A stretch of DNA of 64,000 bases from Tubulanus polymorphus (lineage: Eukaryota; Animalia; Nemertea). The notes beneath the pieces are model-generated. The model had not been told where the DNA came from, ran no database searches, and worked only from the letters and a program-made list of their open reading frames with translations. The translations under genes were made by a program, and so were the position numbers. How positions within the stretch are numbered: position 1 is the stretch's first letter; the number at the start of each line of letters is the position of its first letter. Where the stretch lies: positions 6,422,914 to 6,486,913 of the forward strand of contig NC_134034.1 in the NCBI RefSeq assembly GCF_964204645.1, in the 5' to 3' direction. Below are positions 14,401 through 25,877 of the stretch, in pieces.

Positions 14401-14449
14401 AGAAGAAACAAAAGAGAACGAGATAATGAAAAGAATTCTAACGTGTTAA
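11418..14449 (+). pseudogene. polB: Protein-primed family B DNA polymerase (pPolB) with N-terminal zinc fingers and EndoVII-like insert; frameshifts, stops and ~1-kb internal deletion near 13300
   Basis: Motifs [18 protein letters not shown] and CYYC..RD.DH.NGKFRG. Colinear with 52577-56595 except for the missing exonuclease/motif A segment. Confidence 0.92.
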
Positions 14450-14478
14450 TCAAATTTTAATAAAAATATGTATTATAA

Positions 14479-14832
14479 ATGGAGAGTAAACAAGCACACA
14501 GTGAGAACAACAAATCATTTCTAGATAGAATAAAAGATACTTCAAATGTCAAATCAGTAGATTATAAATTTAAGAAGTTAACAGAATTAACAATCCATAA
14601 GAAATATCTAATTACAAATATTGTTACAGTTACTAACAAATATGGAGATAAATTAGTTATACACTTAGAATATGAAGGATTAAAAGGAAATACATATAAA
14701 TTCAGAACATATTTACCAGATAGATTTCATAGATTATCAAGTGAAGATCTAGAAGAATTATGTTCTGGTGATTTCTATTTCGTTTACAAAGGTATGAATG
14801 AAAAGGGGCACCATGAAATAGATTTCGAATAA
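14479..14832 (+). CDS. Conserved 117-aa Polinton protein, possibly OB-fold ssDNA-binding (uncertain)
   Basis: Intact and near-identical in B (52194-52547); predicted beta-rich; directly downstream of polB. Confidence 0.7.
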   Translation: MESKQAHSENNKSFLDRIKDTSNVKSVDYKFKKLTELTIHKKYLITNIVTVTNKYGDKLVIHLEYEGLKGNTYKFRTYLPDRFHRLSSEDLEELCSGDFYFVYKGMNEKGHHEIDFE

Positions 14833-14849
14833 GAAAATATGTAAAATAA

Positions 14850-15593
14850 ATGGTAGAATTAAAAGAATACAGAATATTTGTTGATTCTAGAAAACTTACA
14901 AATTATAAATCTCATAATTTACTAGTACAATTAGATAGAGAATATAAAAATTGTGTAGATTTAAAATTAGTTAATATAAGTTTATGTAATTCTTTTTATA
15001 ATATAACGGATAAAACTATTGATCATCAATTGTTTATAGTTCAGGAAAAAAATAAAAGGTATCATTTATATCTAAAACCGGGGTTATATAATTTAGATAC
15101 ATTGTCACAAGAAATTAATAGAAAAGCCTGGCACAAATTAGGTAGTAATTCCGGGTTTAGTATTAGATTTTTAAAAAGTGATAGTTCTGATAAAATAAGG
15201 ATTAGGTTAACTCGTAGTGAAAAATATCAATTTTTAGTTAAAAAACCTATAGCTAAACTGTTAGGAATTACACCCGATAAACTTTATTCAAATGTTGATG
15301 CTACACCAAACTTAATACCTTACACACATTTCTATATCTATTGCAATTTAATTGATCCAACAAAAACATTCGAAGCAACTAAAGATATAACTTGTAATTC
15401 TGGTTTATTAAACATTTTACCATTGAAGAATGTTAAAGAATTTGGAACACAAATAAATTGTAATTTAACAGAATGTGATTTCAAACCATGCATTCCTCGT
15501 TTTAATAATTTTAGATTAGAAATTAGAAATCATAATGGATACTTAATTGATTTAAATAATTTCCCTGTAATTTATGAATTAGTTATAAGATGA
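14850..15593 (+). CDS. Minor capsid protein (penton, single jelly-roll)
   Basis: Typical mCP pattern: IFVDSR ... NSFYNI ... PGLYN ... YIYCNLI ... LEIRNHNGYLIDLNN. Confidence 0.8.
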   Translation: MVELKEYRIFVDSRKLTNYKSHNLLVQLDREYKNCVDLKLVNISLCNSFYNITDKTIDHQLFIVQEKNKRYHLYLKPGLYNLDTLSQEINRKAWHKLGSNSGFSIRFLKSDSSDKIRIRLTRSEKYQFLVKKPIAKLLGITPDKLYSNVDATPNLIPYTHFYIYCNLIDPTKTFEATKDITCNSGLLNILPLKNVKEFGTQINCNLTECDFKPCIPRFNNFRLEIRNHNGYLIDLNNFPVIYELVIR

Positions 15594-15620
15594 AGAGAGT
15601 AATTTTTTTTCACTATATAA

Positions 15621-15959
15621 ATGAATATAACTGTTGGACCGAGTATATGTTTTGGGTTTGATTTTAAACATGGTAAAGAAAGAATGAAACTAAATGATGT
15701 TATTACTGATATAAAAAGTAAATCATTTAACAATGCATCAATGATTGATAAAGAAAATCATAATATAGAAAAAGTAATTGATTTAATTAAAACACCTTTA
15801 GAATATTATGAATTAAATGAAGATGGAATTATTGATGATATTAAAAACATATTAACCAAAATGTATGATAATCATAAAAGTAGTAATGAAATAAATGTTG
15901 AATTAATCATCACTAAGATAACTAAATATTTTGAAGATAGTAATTTTTTTGATAAATAA
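15621..15959 (+). CDS. Hypothetical 112-aa Polinton protein
   Basis: ATAAATG start; homologue in B at 51056-51387. Confidence 0.65.
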   Translation: MNITVGPSICFGFDFKHGKERMKLNDVITDIKSKSFNNASMIDKENHNIEKVIDLIKTPLEYYELNEDGIIDDIKNILTKMYDNHKSSNEINVELIITKITKYFEDSNFFDK

Positions 15960-16181
15960 ATGAGTGATAATAAGTGGATAATAACTGGATTATATAATGG
16001 CGCATTACTATCAGTTGGAACTGTTGGTAATTCAATGGTATTAAAACAAGTATTCAAAATGGGAAGTGTTAATGTTGATAGATTTGATATAAATGATATT
16101 CTAAAATTAACATTAGCAGTTACTTTATCTAATTTAACTATTGATTATTTGGAAAAACAAAAATATATTCCTCCCATATAA
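15960..16181 (+). CDS. Small hydrophobic 73-aa protein (putative virion membrane protein)
   Basis: Intact in both copies; two hydrophobic segments. Confidence 0.7.
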   Translation: MSDNKWIITGLYNGALLSVGTVGNSMVLKQVFKMGSVNVDRFDINDILKLTLAVTLSNLTIDYLEKQKYIPPI

Positions 16182-16205
16182 ATGCGTAATTATTTTACTA
16201 AATAA

Positions 16206-16628
16206 ATGGCTTCTGCATTTATAACTATTATAGGATCGGCAATTGTTAACGCTTTAGCATTTACTGGTGGTGGTTATTTATTTAAGCATATTGATAAAAA
16301 TGGATCATTAACAGAACAAAAAAGACATAACTTAGCATTAGAGAAATACGATAAAGCAGCCGAAGAATACAGAGAAAAGAGGCAAAACTATATGGATTAT
16401 ATTAACAAGGAATTATATGATCAGAAGATTTCACATAGAGATTTTCAATCAGTTGATGATGCAATGAGTTTATAGAACGCAGTAACAAATAAAGAAAAAT
16501 TACATCTATACAAACCTAAATTATCAGATTATTATACCCCAAGTAAAGAACAACAGAAATATGAAATAATTTGGATTTTAGGTGGAACAGTTATTTTTAT
16601 ATTTGCTGCTTATAAGTTTACTAATTAG
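16206..16628 (+). pseudogene. 140-aa protein with N- and C-terminal hydrophobic segments; premature TAG at 16473
   Basis: Intact homologue at 50387-50809. Confidence 0.75.
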
Positions 16629-16647
16629 TAATTTTTTTGCTAAATAA

Positions 16648-17073
16648 ATGGATGATAATATTGATATTATTCCTCATGATATAAATAAAACTAAATTAAA
16701 AATATATTTAGAAAAACAAATATTAGAATTTGAAAGTGACTTAAAAGTTAAAAAGAAAAAGTATTTAAAAAGTAAAATTATATATTATTTGATTATAAGT
16801 GGTTCGGTTACAATTAGTTCTGTAATAACATTTCTAGCAATATTCAGTCCATTAACACCTTTAGCTATATCAATTGGCGTGTTAGGATTATTATCAAGTG
16901 TATTAACTGGTATAAGTTCAAAATTAAATACAAAAAGTAATAAAGAAAAAATTAAAACTAATATAAAAGAAATTAATAAATTAAAGAATACACTAGATTA
17001 TATAATAAGTTTAAATGGTCATATAACAGTTGAAGAACAAGATAAATTATTAAAAGAATTAATAAATTATTAA
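16648..17073 (+). CDS. 141-aa two-TM protein resembling the adintovirus 'GasderminX'-type membrane-active ORF
   Basis: Basic patch, then hydrophobic hairpin, then C-terminal NGHITVEEQ..L.EL..Y; intact in both copies. Family name is from recall only. Confidence 0.6.
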   Translation: MDDNIDIIPHDINKTKLKIYLEKQILEFESDLKVKKKKYLKSKIIYYLIISGSVTISSVITFLAIFSPLTPLAISIGVLGLLSSVLTGISSKLNTKSNKEKIKTNIKEINKLKNTLDYIISLNGHITVEEQDKLLKELINY

Positions 17074-17089
17074 TTTTTTAATTATATAA

Positions 17090-18415
17090 ATGGCAGATAG
17101 TTTTCCAAAAGCTTCCCAATATAATAAATCAATTAAATATAATATTCCTGCAATAGATTTTAATAAAGATATTTCATATAGAAATGAAGTTTTAAATTCA
17201 TTAATTGATTTATATATTTATGTTACTGAAAGTAATAATTTTCATGTAAAGATGGAAAATATACTTCATGTGTATACAATTAATTTCAAAAATTTAAATG
17301 AGGCAAAACAATGGTTATTAAAATCTAATATGAAGTATTGGCAAAACCAATTAAATTTTGCTGTTTATTGCGCAACAACAGGATGTGGAATTAGTTGGAA
17401 TGATCATTTAAACAAACCAAGTTTACCATTGATGTTATCACTTTTTAGATTTCATACATATTTTCAAATAAAATTGATATTAGATGAATTAGAATGTCCT
17501 TTACCAGGTTCAAAATATTTTAAAGAATTGAATAATAATATTAATTTTTCTAAGTTTTATAAAATATGTAATGAATTTAATATTAATTCAAATAAAGATT
17601 TTAGAGCAAAAATTGGAACAATGGGTGGATTAGGAATATTATATACTAAAGAATTTGGAAAAATAATGACAAATTCAGATATAAGAACACTAAATTGGAA
17701 TGAATTACCAAAATATTATAATAATAAACAACAACAAAACAATAATGGTTGGGTTAATTTCATTTTAGAAAATAGTGAAGGTTTTACTAAAGCTGGAATA
17801 CAAAGAATAAATCAATCAATTAGAACTTATTTGATATGTATTTTAGGTGCGCAAGTTGAAAAAAGATCCCCAATAATTGGAAATGATAACACTTCATTCG
17901 ATGCGCAGAAACAATTCTAAGTATTATTTGAAGATTCCATTCATAATGATAAAAATAGATCGATTCCAGAAAACATTGTAAGATATCAAAATTATTTAGA
18001 TAAATCACATATTAGATTAAATTATTGTATAGGCCCTAATCTATTAATTATTTCTAATGATTTAGTATTAAAGATGGGAAATATAATTGGTTATAATAAT
18101 CTAATTACAACTGCAACAAAAAATAATTCATTTGGATTGAATGATATAAATAAAAAGATTATTACTGCTCCAAAATTAATGGAAGGTGAAAAAAATAAAA
18201 AACATATTCAATCAACTGAAACTAAAACTAAGAATATTAAATTGGATAATGATTCTAAAATAAAAGATTACAATACATCAGAAGATATTAAAACTGATAT
18301 TATTCAACATGATATAATTAAACTAAATGATGATAATAAATCCCATGAAAATACTAAATTAGCTATAACTTGTATAGGAATTGTAATCGGAGGAATATTA
18401 TATTTTAAATTTTAA
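17090..18415 (+). pseudogene. 441-aa conserved protein (WQNQLNFAVYCATTGCG) with C-terminal TM; nonsense codon at 17918-17920
   Basis: Same 1326-bp span as the B copy (48599-49924), where the stop falls at a different position. Confidence 0.8.
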
Positions 18416-18430
18416 TTTTTTATTATATAA

Positions 18431-20086
18431 ATTGAAGAAGATATTCCAATGGATCCTTTTAGATGAACCTGGTATAAGTGATGAATAACAACCTGATTTT
18501 AGTGAAACAAGTTTTAATGACGGTAATGAGCCAGGACGTAATTCTAATTTAGGTGAAGATGATGATTATGATGATGAAACGTGTAAAGAATTTAAAGAAT
18601 ATATGACAGCTACCGAAAGGATAGTTATTAGAACCGCAACATCTAGAAAGGATTTAATGAAAAGATTAGTAAATACAACTGATCCTCTTATGAAACATCA
18701 ATTAAAATTAATGAAAAATAGAGTAATATATACAATTGTTAACGTATTATAACAAGATGAAATAGATGAAATTGGTTCCGAAGGTGTTGTAGAACAAATT
18801 TTAAAAGATGACCCATTTTTCATGAATAATTTAGAATTTAAAAATGATGCATGGTATTATAATGTTGAATTAAATAACAAAAATGTATCAATTCAATTAT
18901 CTAGAATGGGTCAAGAAAATATTTTTGAACCTGGAATGCGATCAAGATCTACAATTGAAGGTTCAAAAGGCGGTAGAGAATTTCTCAGAATTATATGGAA
19001 TGCAATCGATAGAATAAATAAAGAAAAACCAATTCCTAAAATTGATATTAACAAATATTCACCATTTGAAAATCCAAATTTAAATCCTCCTGATGTTGAT
19101 CCAGAAATGGAAGAGAATAGAGATCGATTAGATAAATTAAGATCTTCAACACCCGAAACATCGAGAAGAGATATTCAACAAATTGATTCAAGTCAATTAC
19201 AATTAACATTAGAAAAACAAATTGATAGATTAAGAGATTCAGAAGAACTGATGAATAGTATATCAGATACACCCGATACTGAAACTGGAATAAATCGAAT
19301 ACAATCTTTACTAGAAAAAGGATTACTTGATTTAACTGATGATGAATTAGAAGCATTTCCTGAACAAACACGTAGAGAAATTAAAGGTATGCAAGAATCG
19401 GCTGATAAAATTGCGAATGAAAAAAGTATAAGAGATATTAAAATTAACAATTTAGAAAAAGAATTAACTGATAAAAATAAAGAAATAGAACAATTAAAGT
19501 CTGATCTTGATCGTCAAGTAATTGATGAAATGGAATATAGACAAAAAGAATTACGTTTAGAAAAAGAAAAAGATGATTTAGAATACAACATAGAACTACA
19601 AAAAGAAGAAATTAAATTATTATTAAAATCATATGATTATAATATTAATAGATTAAAAGTTATTTTTAAAGATTTGTTGATAAGAATAAAAATAGAATAA
19701 AGTTATTATTTAAATTAGAAGGAATAACAATTCTTTCAATTCTAACAGCTGTAACTATGTTATTTACAACAATTGGTTTAGCAATATCAAATTCACTGAA
19801 ATCTACTCCTACTCCCAATAAACCAGATAAACCCCCGAATGATAATAATTCTATACAAGATAAAGTTAAAGATGGTTTAAAGAAATTAGCAAAATATTTA
19901 TGGGAACTATCTAAAAAATCTGCTGCAGCATTACCAGGAATTATTGCATCAATTGTTGGTTTTATATTGAAATCTGCAGGAAACATTGTTAACTTTGCTG
20001 CTGAACATATTATTTCATTTTTAATTACAGTTGTAAGTGCTATTATTTTTGGGTTAGTAAATATGATATCAAAAAATATCAAGTAA
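18431..20086 (+). pseudogene. ~550-aa acidic/coiled-coil protein with C-terminal hydrophobic helices; disrupted
   Basis: Fragments 18822-19700 and 19757-20086; homologous to B 46870-48583. Confidence 0.75.
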
Positions 20087-20126
20087 ACATGATAAAAAAT
20101 AAATGATTAATTTTTTTGTTAAATAA

Positions 20127-21376
20127 ATGAGTGGGAGTTATATCAATCCTTCTAAGAATCATAGAATATCTAATGCTATTAAAGCAGAAAGATCTTATCA
20201 TATAATTACTCATAACCCTTCTAATATTAATCCCGATGAAACTTTATATGTTAGAATCCCTCGATTAACACAAAATACGTTTTATGTTCCAAATAGTATT
20301 TATTTATCAGCCGATATAAAAGTAACCGGTAATAATAATAATTATGTTGTTGATAATGTTGGAAGATATTTGATTAAAAAATTAACTATAAAGATTGGAC
20401 CAGAAACAGTTTTCTCATTAGATGATTATAATTTATTTATGCATTATAAAGATTTATGGTTAACTAAAGAAAATAGAAATAATATGATATTTCAAGGCAT
20501 CCAATCAGAAAACCAAAATAAATTAAGATCAGAAGCGCATAATGCAATATTAACTAATGCTATAGATAAATTGATAAAAAGTATATATGGAAACAAATAT
20601 AAAATTCCATTAGACTTTGAATTGATAAATAACAATGCACCTTTATATAAATACGCAATTCAAGAAGACGTTATATCCGAAATAACATTTGCTCCTGTTA
20701 ATGAAATTGTAATATCTAGCGTTAATAAAGATATGAGTTATAAATTATCGAATATATGTTTAGAATATGATACAGTAACTGATGAAAATATTTCAAGTAT
20801 AATTCAAACTAAATACAATCAAGGATTTTCATTATCATATGATTATATTGATAAATTTAAAACTGTAACTATTAATGCAAATGATGAAATTATTAATGAG
20901 AATATTAACTTCCCAAGAAGATCTATTATATCTATATATTAATATTTTTTACCATTGCAACATATACTAATGGCGCAATAAATGTTGATAATTATTATAA
21001 TCCTGAAATAACAAAAGTAGAAATAACTATCGAAGGAATAGCAAATAAAATATTTTGTCAAGGAATGAGAATGATTGATCAATGGTCAGAAATTAGAAAA
21101 CATTTTATGAATGAAAAAGTAAAATCATCTGAAAATTGTAATATTAATCAAATTGATTATTATACCGGTAATAAATATGCATTATGGTTAGATTTTAGAA
21201 CAACAGAGGATAATTCATTACATGGTTCTGGAAAAAAATTACAGAACACTAAAGATGGAATACAATTATTCATGACAAAGAATAAAGGAATCAAAAATTT
21301 TAAAATGCACATTTATATTATATCTGACGCGCAATTAAATATTGTAAGTTCTCAATTAAATAGTGTTATGTATTAA
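20127..21376 (+). pseudogene. Major capsid protein (double jelly-roll), frameshifted near 20930
   Basis: ~415 codons, beta-rich; HNPSNINPDETLYVRIP, LEYDTV, FPRRSIKGIL and LWLDFR pattern; position typical of Polinton MCP. Confidence 0.8.
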
Positions 21377-21408
21377 AATTTTAACTTTAATAAAAATTCA
21401 TATAATAA

Positions 21409-22338
21409 ATGGAAGGAGGTAAAGTATATAAACATATTCCATACATCGATACACATGCAAATAATGATGGTTTAATTTATTAAATACCTTGTAATATAGC
21501 TTTGATATTTGATCCTATTTTCAAAATTTATAAAACTAAACTAATAGAAATCGATAATAATAAAAGTGGTGTTGTTGATAATTTAAGTAATGTAATTGAT
21601 AATAATGTAATACCTTCTACATCTAATAATGTAATACCTTCTACATCTAATAATGTAATACCTACTACATCTAATAATGTAATACCTACTACATCTAATA
21701 ATGTAATTCCTTCTACATCTAATAATGTAATACCCTCTACATCTAATAATGTAATACCTTCTACATCAAATAATGAAATAATATTAAATGTTAGTGAAAA
21801 TAGAAATTATTGTGGATATTGTAAAAGTGAATATTCAAACGTTCCATCAAATTGGAATAAACATATGAATACAAATTCACATATTACTAATGTAATAGAT
21901 CGTGTTGGTTTAAGAGAATTTATAGAACACCCATTTAGATATGTTACAAAGTTTGTTTCAAATCAAAAAGTAAATGGTAAAGAATTATATAAAGATTTAT
22001 TATTAGCAACACCTAATAAACATGAATTAGATTTAACCGATGCTAATAATAAATCTTTATTAGGATCAAACACTGTAAATGAAATATTAGGAGCAAACAC
22101 TAATAAAGATAATAATGAAGATATAGTTACAGATAAGCATATTGATAATAAAGATTCTATGAAACATAAAGTAGAAAATAATGATAAATTTGATTGGATG
22201 AATAAGCATAACAATGAAACAACTATTGATGATGCGGTAAAAAGGGTGAAGAATAAGTATAAAAATAATGAAGAATTAGAAGAAGATTCGGTAGAGAAAT
22301 TGAATAGATTGTTAGGGTCTGATAGTGAAAGTGATTAA
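21409..22338 (+). pseudogene. Variable accessory ORF with SNNVIP(S/T)T repeats and one C2H2-type finger; in-frame TAA at 21481
   Basis: Start MEGG after ATAAATG is in frame with ORF 21502-22338; finger CGYC...H.....H. Confidence 0.7.
21601..21775 (+). repeat. 24-bp coding minisatellite (~7 units)
   Basis: AATAATGTAATACCT(T/A)CTACATCT repeats. Confidence 0.95.
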
Positions 22339-22639
22339 GATATTAATTATATTTAACACAAATAATAATAAAGGTTGAAAATTGTATAAAATAATAGTAA
22401 ATAAAAAAGGGGGTTTTAAGTATTCAAGGTATTTAAGGTATCTAATACATATCTAATACAATCTTATACATAAAAATATCTTATTTTATAAACTTATATT
22501 CTATATTCGTATGGAAATTGAAACCTCAGTAATAATAAATAACCTTTATTATTTTCAAACTTATTCATATATTAGTTGAAAAAATAAAAATAAATTGGTT
22601 GAAAATTGTATAAATAATATTTATTTTAAAAAAGGGGGT

Positions 22640-22745
22640 TTTAAGTATTTAAGGTATCTAATAGGGTATCAGGTATTAGGGTATCAGGTATTAGGGTATC
22701 TAATGGGGTATCAGGTATTAGGGTATCTAATAGGGTATCTAATAC
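22640..22745. repeat. Short tandem repeats GGGTATCAGGTATTA between convergent genes
   Basis: Visible repeats; a shorter remnant is present in B at 43765-43797. Confidence 0.8.
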
Positions 22746-22761
22746 ATAGGTATATAAATAG

Positions 22762-23373
22762 TTATTTTATAAATTTATATTCATAGGGAAATTGTAGTCT
22801 CAGTAATAATTTTCAACCTTTATTATTCTTTAATTTATTCATATATTCATCATGTAATTCAGTTGGTATAATTTGATTTTCTTCCAATGATTGTTGCATG
22901 GATTTTTTATCTTTGTTATAAAATAAAACTAGAAATCTTATATTCTCCCTAAAGTCTTTAACAATTGAATTATATTTTTGATTTAAAACCCATGTTGTTA
23001 TCCCGAAATGTCTCCCAGAGAAAGCTAGATTACATAACTCACTTTCTCTCACTTTTGAATCATGTAAATTTGCGCAATCATCTACAATGAATAATGTATT
23101 TGATCCTTTATAAGTATCAATTGCTATTTTTATACAATTATCTAAATTTTCTTTTACTGTTTTAGGATCTAATATAATAAACTTTTTTATCTTAACTATA
23201 TCTCTATTATATGTTTTATTCATTTCATAAGTAGGGCAGAATAATATTATATAATCAAAATGATTCTTATAAATAGTTTCTAACAAATGTAATATGAAAT
23301 GTGTTTTACCACAATTGGTTACACCAGTAACTAACATATTATGCGGTTCAAATATAAATAAATCTTTATTCAT
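22762..23373 (-). pseudogene. A32/FtsK-like genome packaging ATPase, premature TGA at 22813-22815
   Basis: Walker A GVTNCGKT, Walker B FIVDD, GRH motif; intact in B. Confidence 0.9.
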
Positions 23374-23880
23374 TTATTCTTTTAATTTTACTAGATAAAA
23401 TCCATTCATTAAATTTATCATCGTATCCTTTATATTTCACCAAAGAATACTATTTTCCTTTAAGAATTTTTGATTTCAATACTTTTTCTATTTTGTATTC
23501 TATTTCATCTGGGTTTGGTACAAGTGATAATTCTTGTTCATAGAAATAACCTAATATTTCTTCATCTTTTAGATCTTCTAATTTATAAACAAATGGTTTA
23601 GTTAATATTATCTTTTTAATCTTAAATATTTCTTCTGTAAAATTAGGGGTATAACCTTTATAAAATGTTTTTCTATATTTAGATATTCTTACGTGTTGTC
23701 CTATTTTAAATTTAGGTTCACCGAAATCATGTGTAACAAACGCACCATATAAATTATTCCAAACTATTTCTGAATTATCTTCTTTTCTAGCTTGTATAGG
23801 TTTCATATTTATAGAACTATGTTTAGAATTATTATAACCTTTCACGAAATCATCTAATACATCGATATATTTATATGTTT
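23366..23880 (-). pseudogene. Polinton A integrase, 3' part with C-terminal chromodomain
   Basis: YNNSKHSSINMKP, KGYTPNFTEEIF and YKIEKVL..LVKYKGY...NEW; continues across the Gypsy insertion from 35714. Confidence 0.9.
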
Positions 23881-24223
23881 TGATATAGAGGTCCTAGCTC
23901 AGAAGTAAGAACTACGGTTAATAGTTGGAAAATGTAATTTTATTGTAGTACTCAAAGCGAGAGCTGAGTGTAAGTGACCACGAGTCAGAGAAAAAAGAGA
24001 GAGAGCGACGTGTGTCTCTTGGTTTTATACCCATGAGGACCACGTCATCAGGAGTGTTAAAACAATAGCCAGAAGGCTAGACATATTATCATTATTATCA
24101 GTACTGACCATATGACCAGCACACAGGACTTTGATTGATCAGGTCATGTGTCCTGAGCACTCGTCTTACGGAACAGTACTGCCTGTAAATTACATGTATT
24201 ATTAACATACATTCTATATATCA
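23881..24223 (-). repeat. 3' LTR (343 bp), AATAAA at 23939-23944 on the minus strand
   Basis: Two mismatches relative to 35371-35713; TGATATA/TATATCA terminal inverted repeats. Confidence 0.97.
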
Positions 24224-24227
24224 GTTG

Positions 24228-24237
24228 CCCCTCCTTC
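24228..24237 (-). promoter_or_regulatory. Polypurine tract GAAGGAGGGG
   Basis: Purine run 4 nt upstream of the 3' LTR on the element strand. Confidence 0.85.
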
Positions 24238-25021
24238 AGGTGACTCGACCCCGAGGCACTAAAAAAAAAATTCTTAGTCTAAACGTTGACGTTTCACCAT
24301 CTAAAATAAAATAACCCGATAACCTAAAAATAGTCAGAAATAAGCTAATCGCAACAAAATTTAGATAGTAGCAAGCACGACGAACGATTCCGAAAGTAAA
24401 TGTTGAAAATCGCTTGTGCCTGTGAGGAATCGAACCTCACCGTTGTAAGATTTGACATACCAACGGTTGCCAGATCCAGGGACATAGCCAAACAAGAATA
24501 ACGGACTGTCGTGTGGCTTGCAAAACAAAACAAAACTTGTTCCAACGGCCTTATCTTCACAGGTAGTATAAACCCATTTATGTAAAGCTCTAAACTAATA
24601 TAGTTGTTGAATAAACATGTTTCCATTTCGTTATCCAAATGTAAATACATAAATTCATATGTTGGTCACCACTGAGAAATAGATATAAACGATAAGATAT
24701 ACATATAAACTGGTCACTTGCTCTCTCTCCAGAAGCAAACAATAACATGATAGGAGTAAACAATAAAAATGTCGTGCAGGATAATGCACTAGTTATAAGT
24801 TTTTTTTTTTTCATACAATAAGTCTAATTACGCACTACTTGAAAGCATCACTTTATTTCAGTCTAGTTACTTAGTTGGTCATTTATTTATTTTTTTCTTT
24901 AATACAATGATTAGAATTTGGTGTTAAGGAAAAACCAAATATGTCCTGAGAATGATGCAACGGCCCACCCTCTTTTTCTGTGGAGGGGAGAGGCGCGAAC
25001 CCCTCAATAAATAAATATAAC

Positions 25022-25450
25022 TCACGCAGGCCAATTTTCTGTGTCTGGAGCCGGCCTTCTCCAGTGGGAAAGTAAAGAGGCTAGTGCACAAAATACCGAA
25101 ACGATAATATCCCAGCGAGACACGCAACCCCAGAACCTGGAAACGGACACGGATGGAAGGTTAGCCTTATGTCTAGCCGCGGTACTGTACTGGGCGTTGA
25201 GTGTCGTCATCACCAGCCTGATATGAGTTTGAAACAGATCATCATCGTTGAAATACGGTTTGAACGGACCATCATTGTTGAAATACGGTTTGAACGCCGG
25301 CCTCACACCACCTTCATTGTGAGCATCATCATATTGACGGTTGATGCTTACGAACTTATTGCGTGTTCGTACAGTGTTGATTAATGGTGAGATTCGCGAC
25401 ATCCGGTCATCTCGATGCAGACCCTGTGTGGTATCGACTGTGGTTGACAT
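25022..25450 (-). CDS. Possible accessory ORF (142 aa) between env and the 3' LTR
   Basis: On the element's sense strand, in a GC-richer patch, with duplicated FKPYFN motif; no recognisable family. Confidence 0.3.
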   Translation of the reverse strand: MSTTVDTTQGLHRDDRMSRISPLINTVRTRNKFVSINRQYDDAHNEGGVRPAFKPYFNNDGPFKPYFNDDDLFQTHIRLVMTTLNAQYSTAARHKANLPSVSVSRFWGCVSRWDIIVSVFCALASLLSHWRRPAPDTENWPA

Positions 25451-25877
25451 CAGTAAGTCTCGTCGCCTCAGTCCACGTGGTAAATGACATCTTCAACATA
25501 AGGCTTACTACGTATCCGAGCCGCAACCAACCCGAAGTATGATGGCCGTCGCTAGGATAATATATATGTATATATGTATATATATATATACGAAACTTGC
25601 AGCAACTCAACCTCTTAACGTACCCATAAGAATCAATGTTACTATGATTGTGTATGCAAAATTACCAAAATAATTATTAGTGATAATATTATTATCTATA
25701 AGTTATATACTTAGCGTGGAGTATTAAGCACAAACTAAAAAAAAAAACAAACCTAGAGGTAGCATTGTAGACATGGGCCGTCGCTGAAATCATTCGTTCT
25801 TTTATGAAACGAAAGATATTAAGAGACCCTAAAATATAACATATAAATACAATTTCTAGTATCACCGATTTTTGTTT

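Noticed and set aside
22595-22786. 63-aa GYQVL-repeat ORF
   Set aside because: Translation of an intergenic minisatellite; non-ATG start; not conserved in B.
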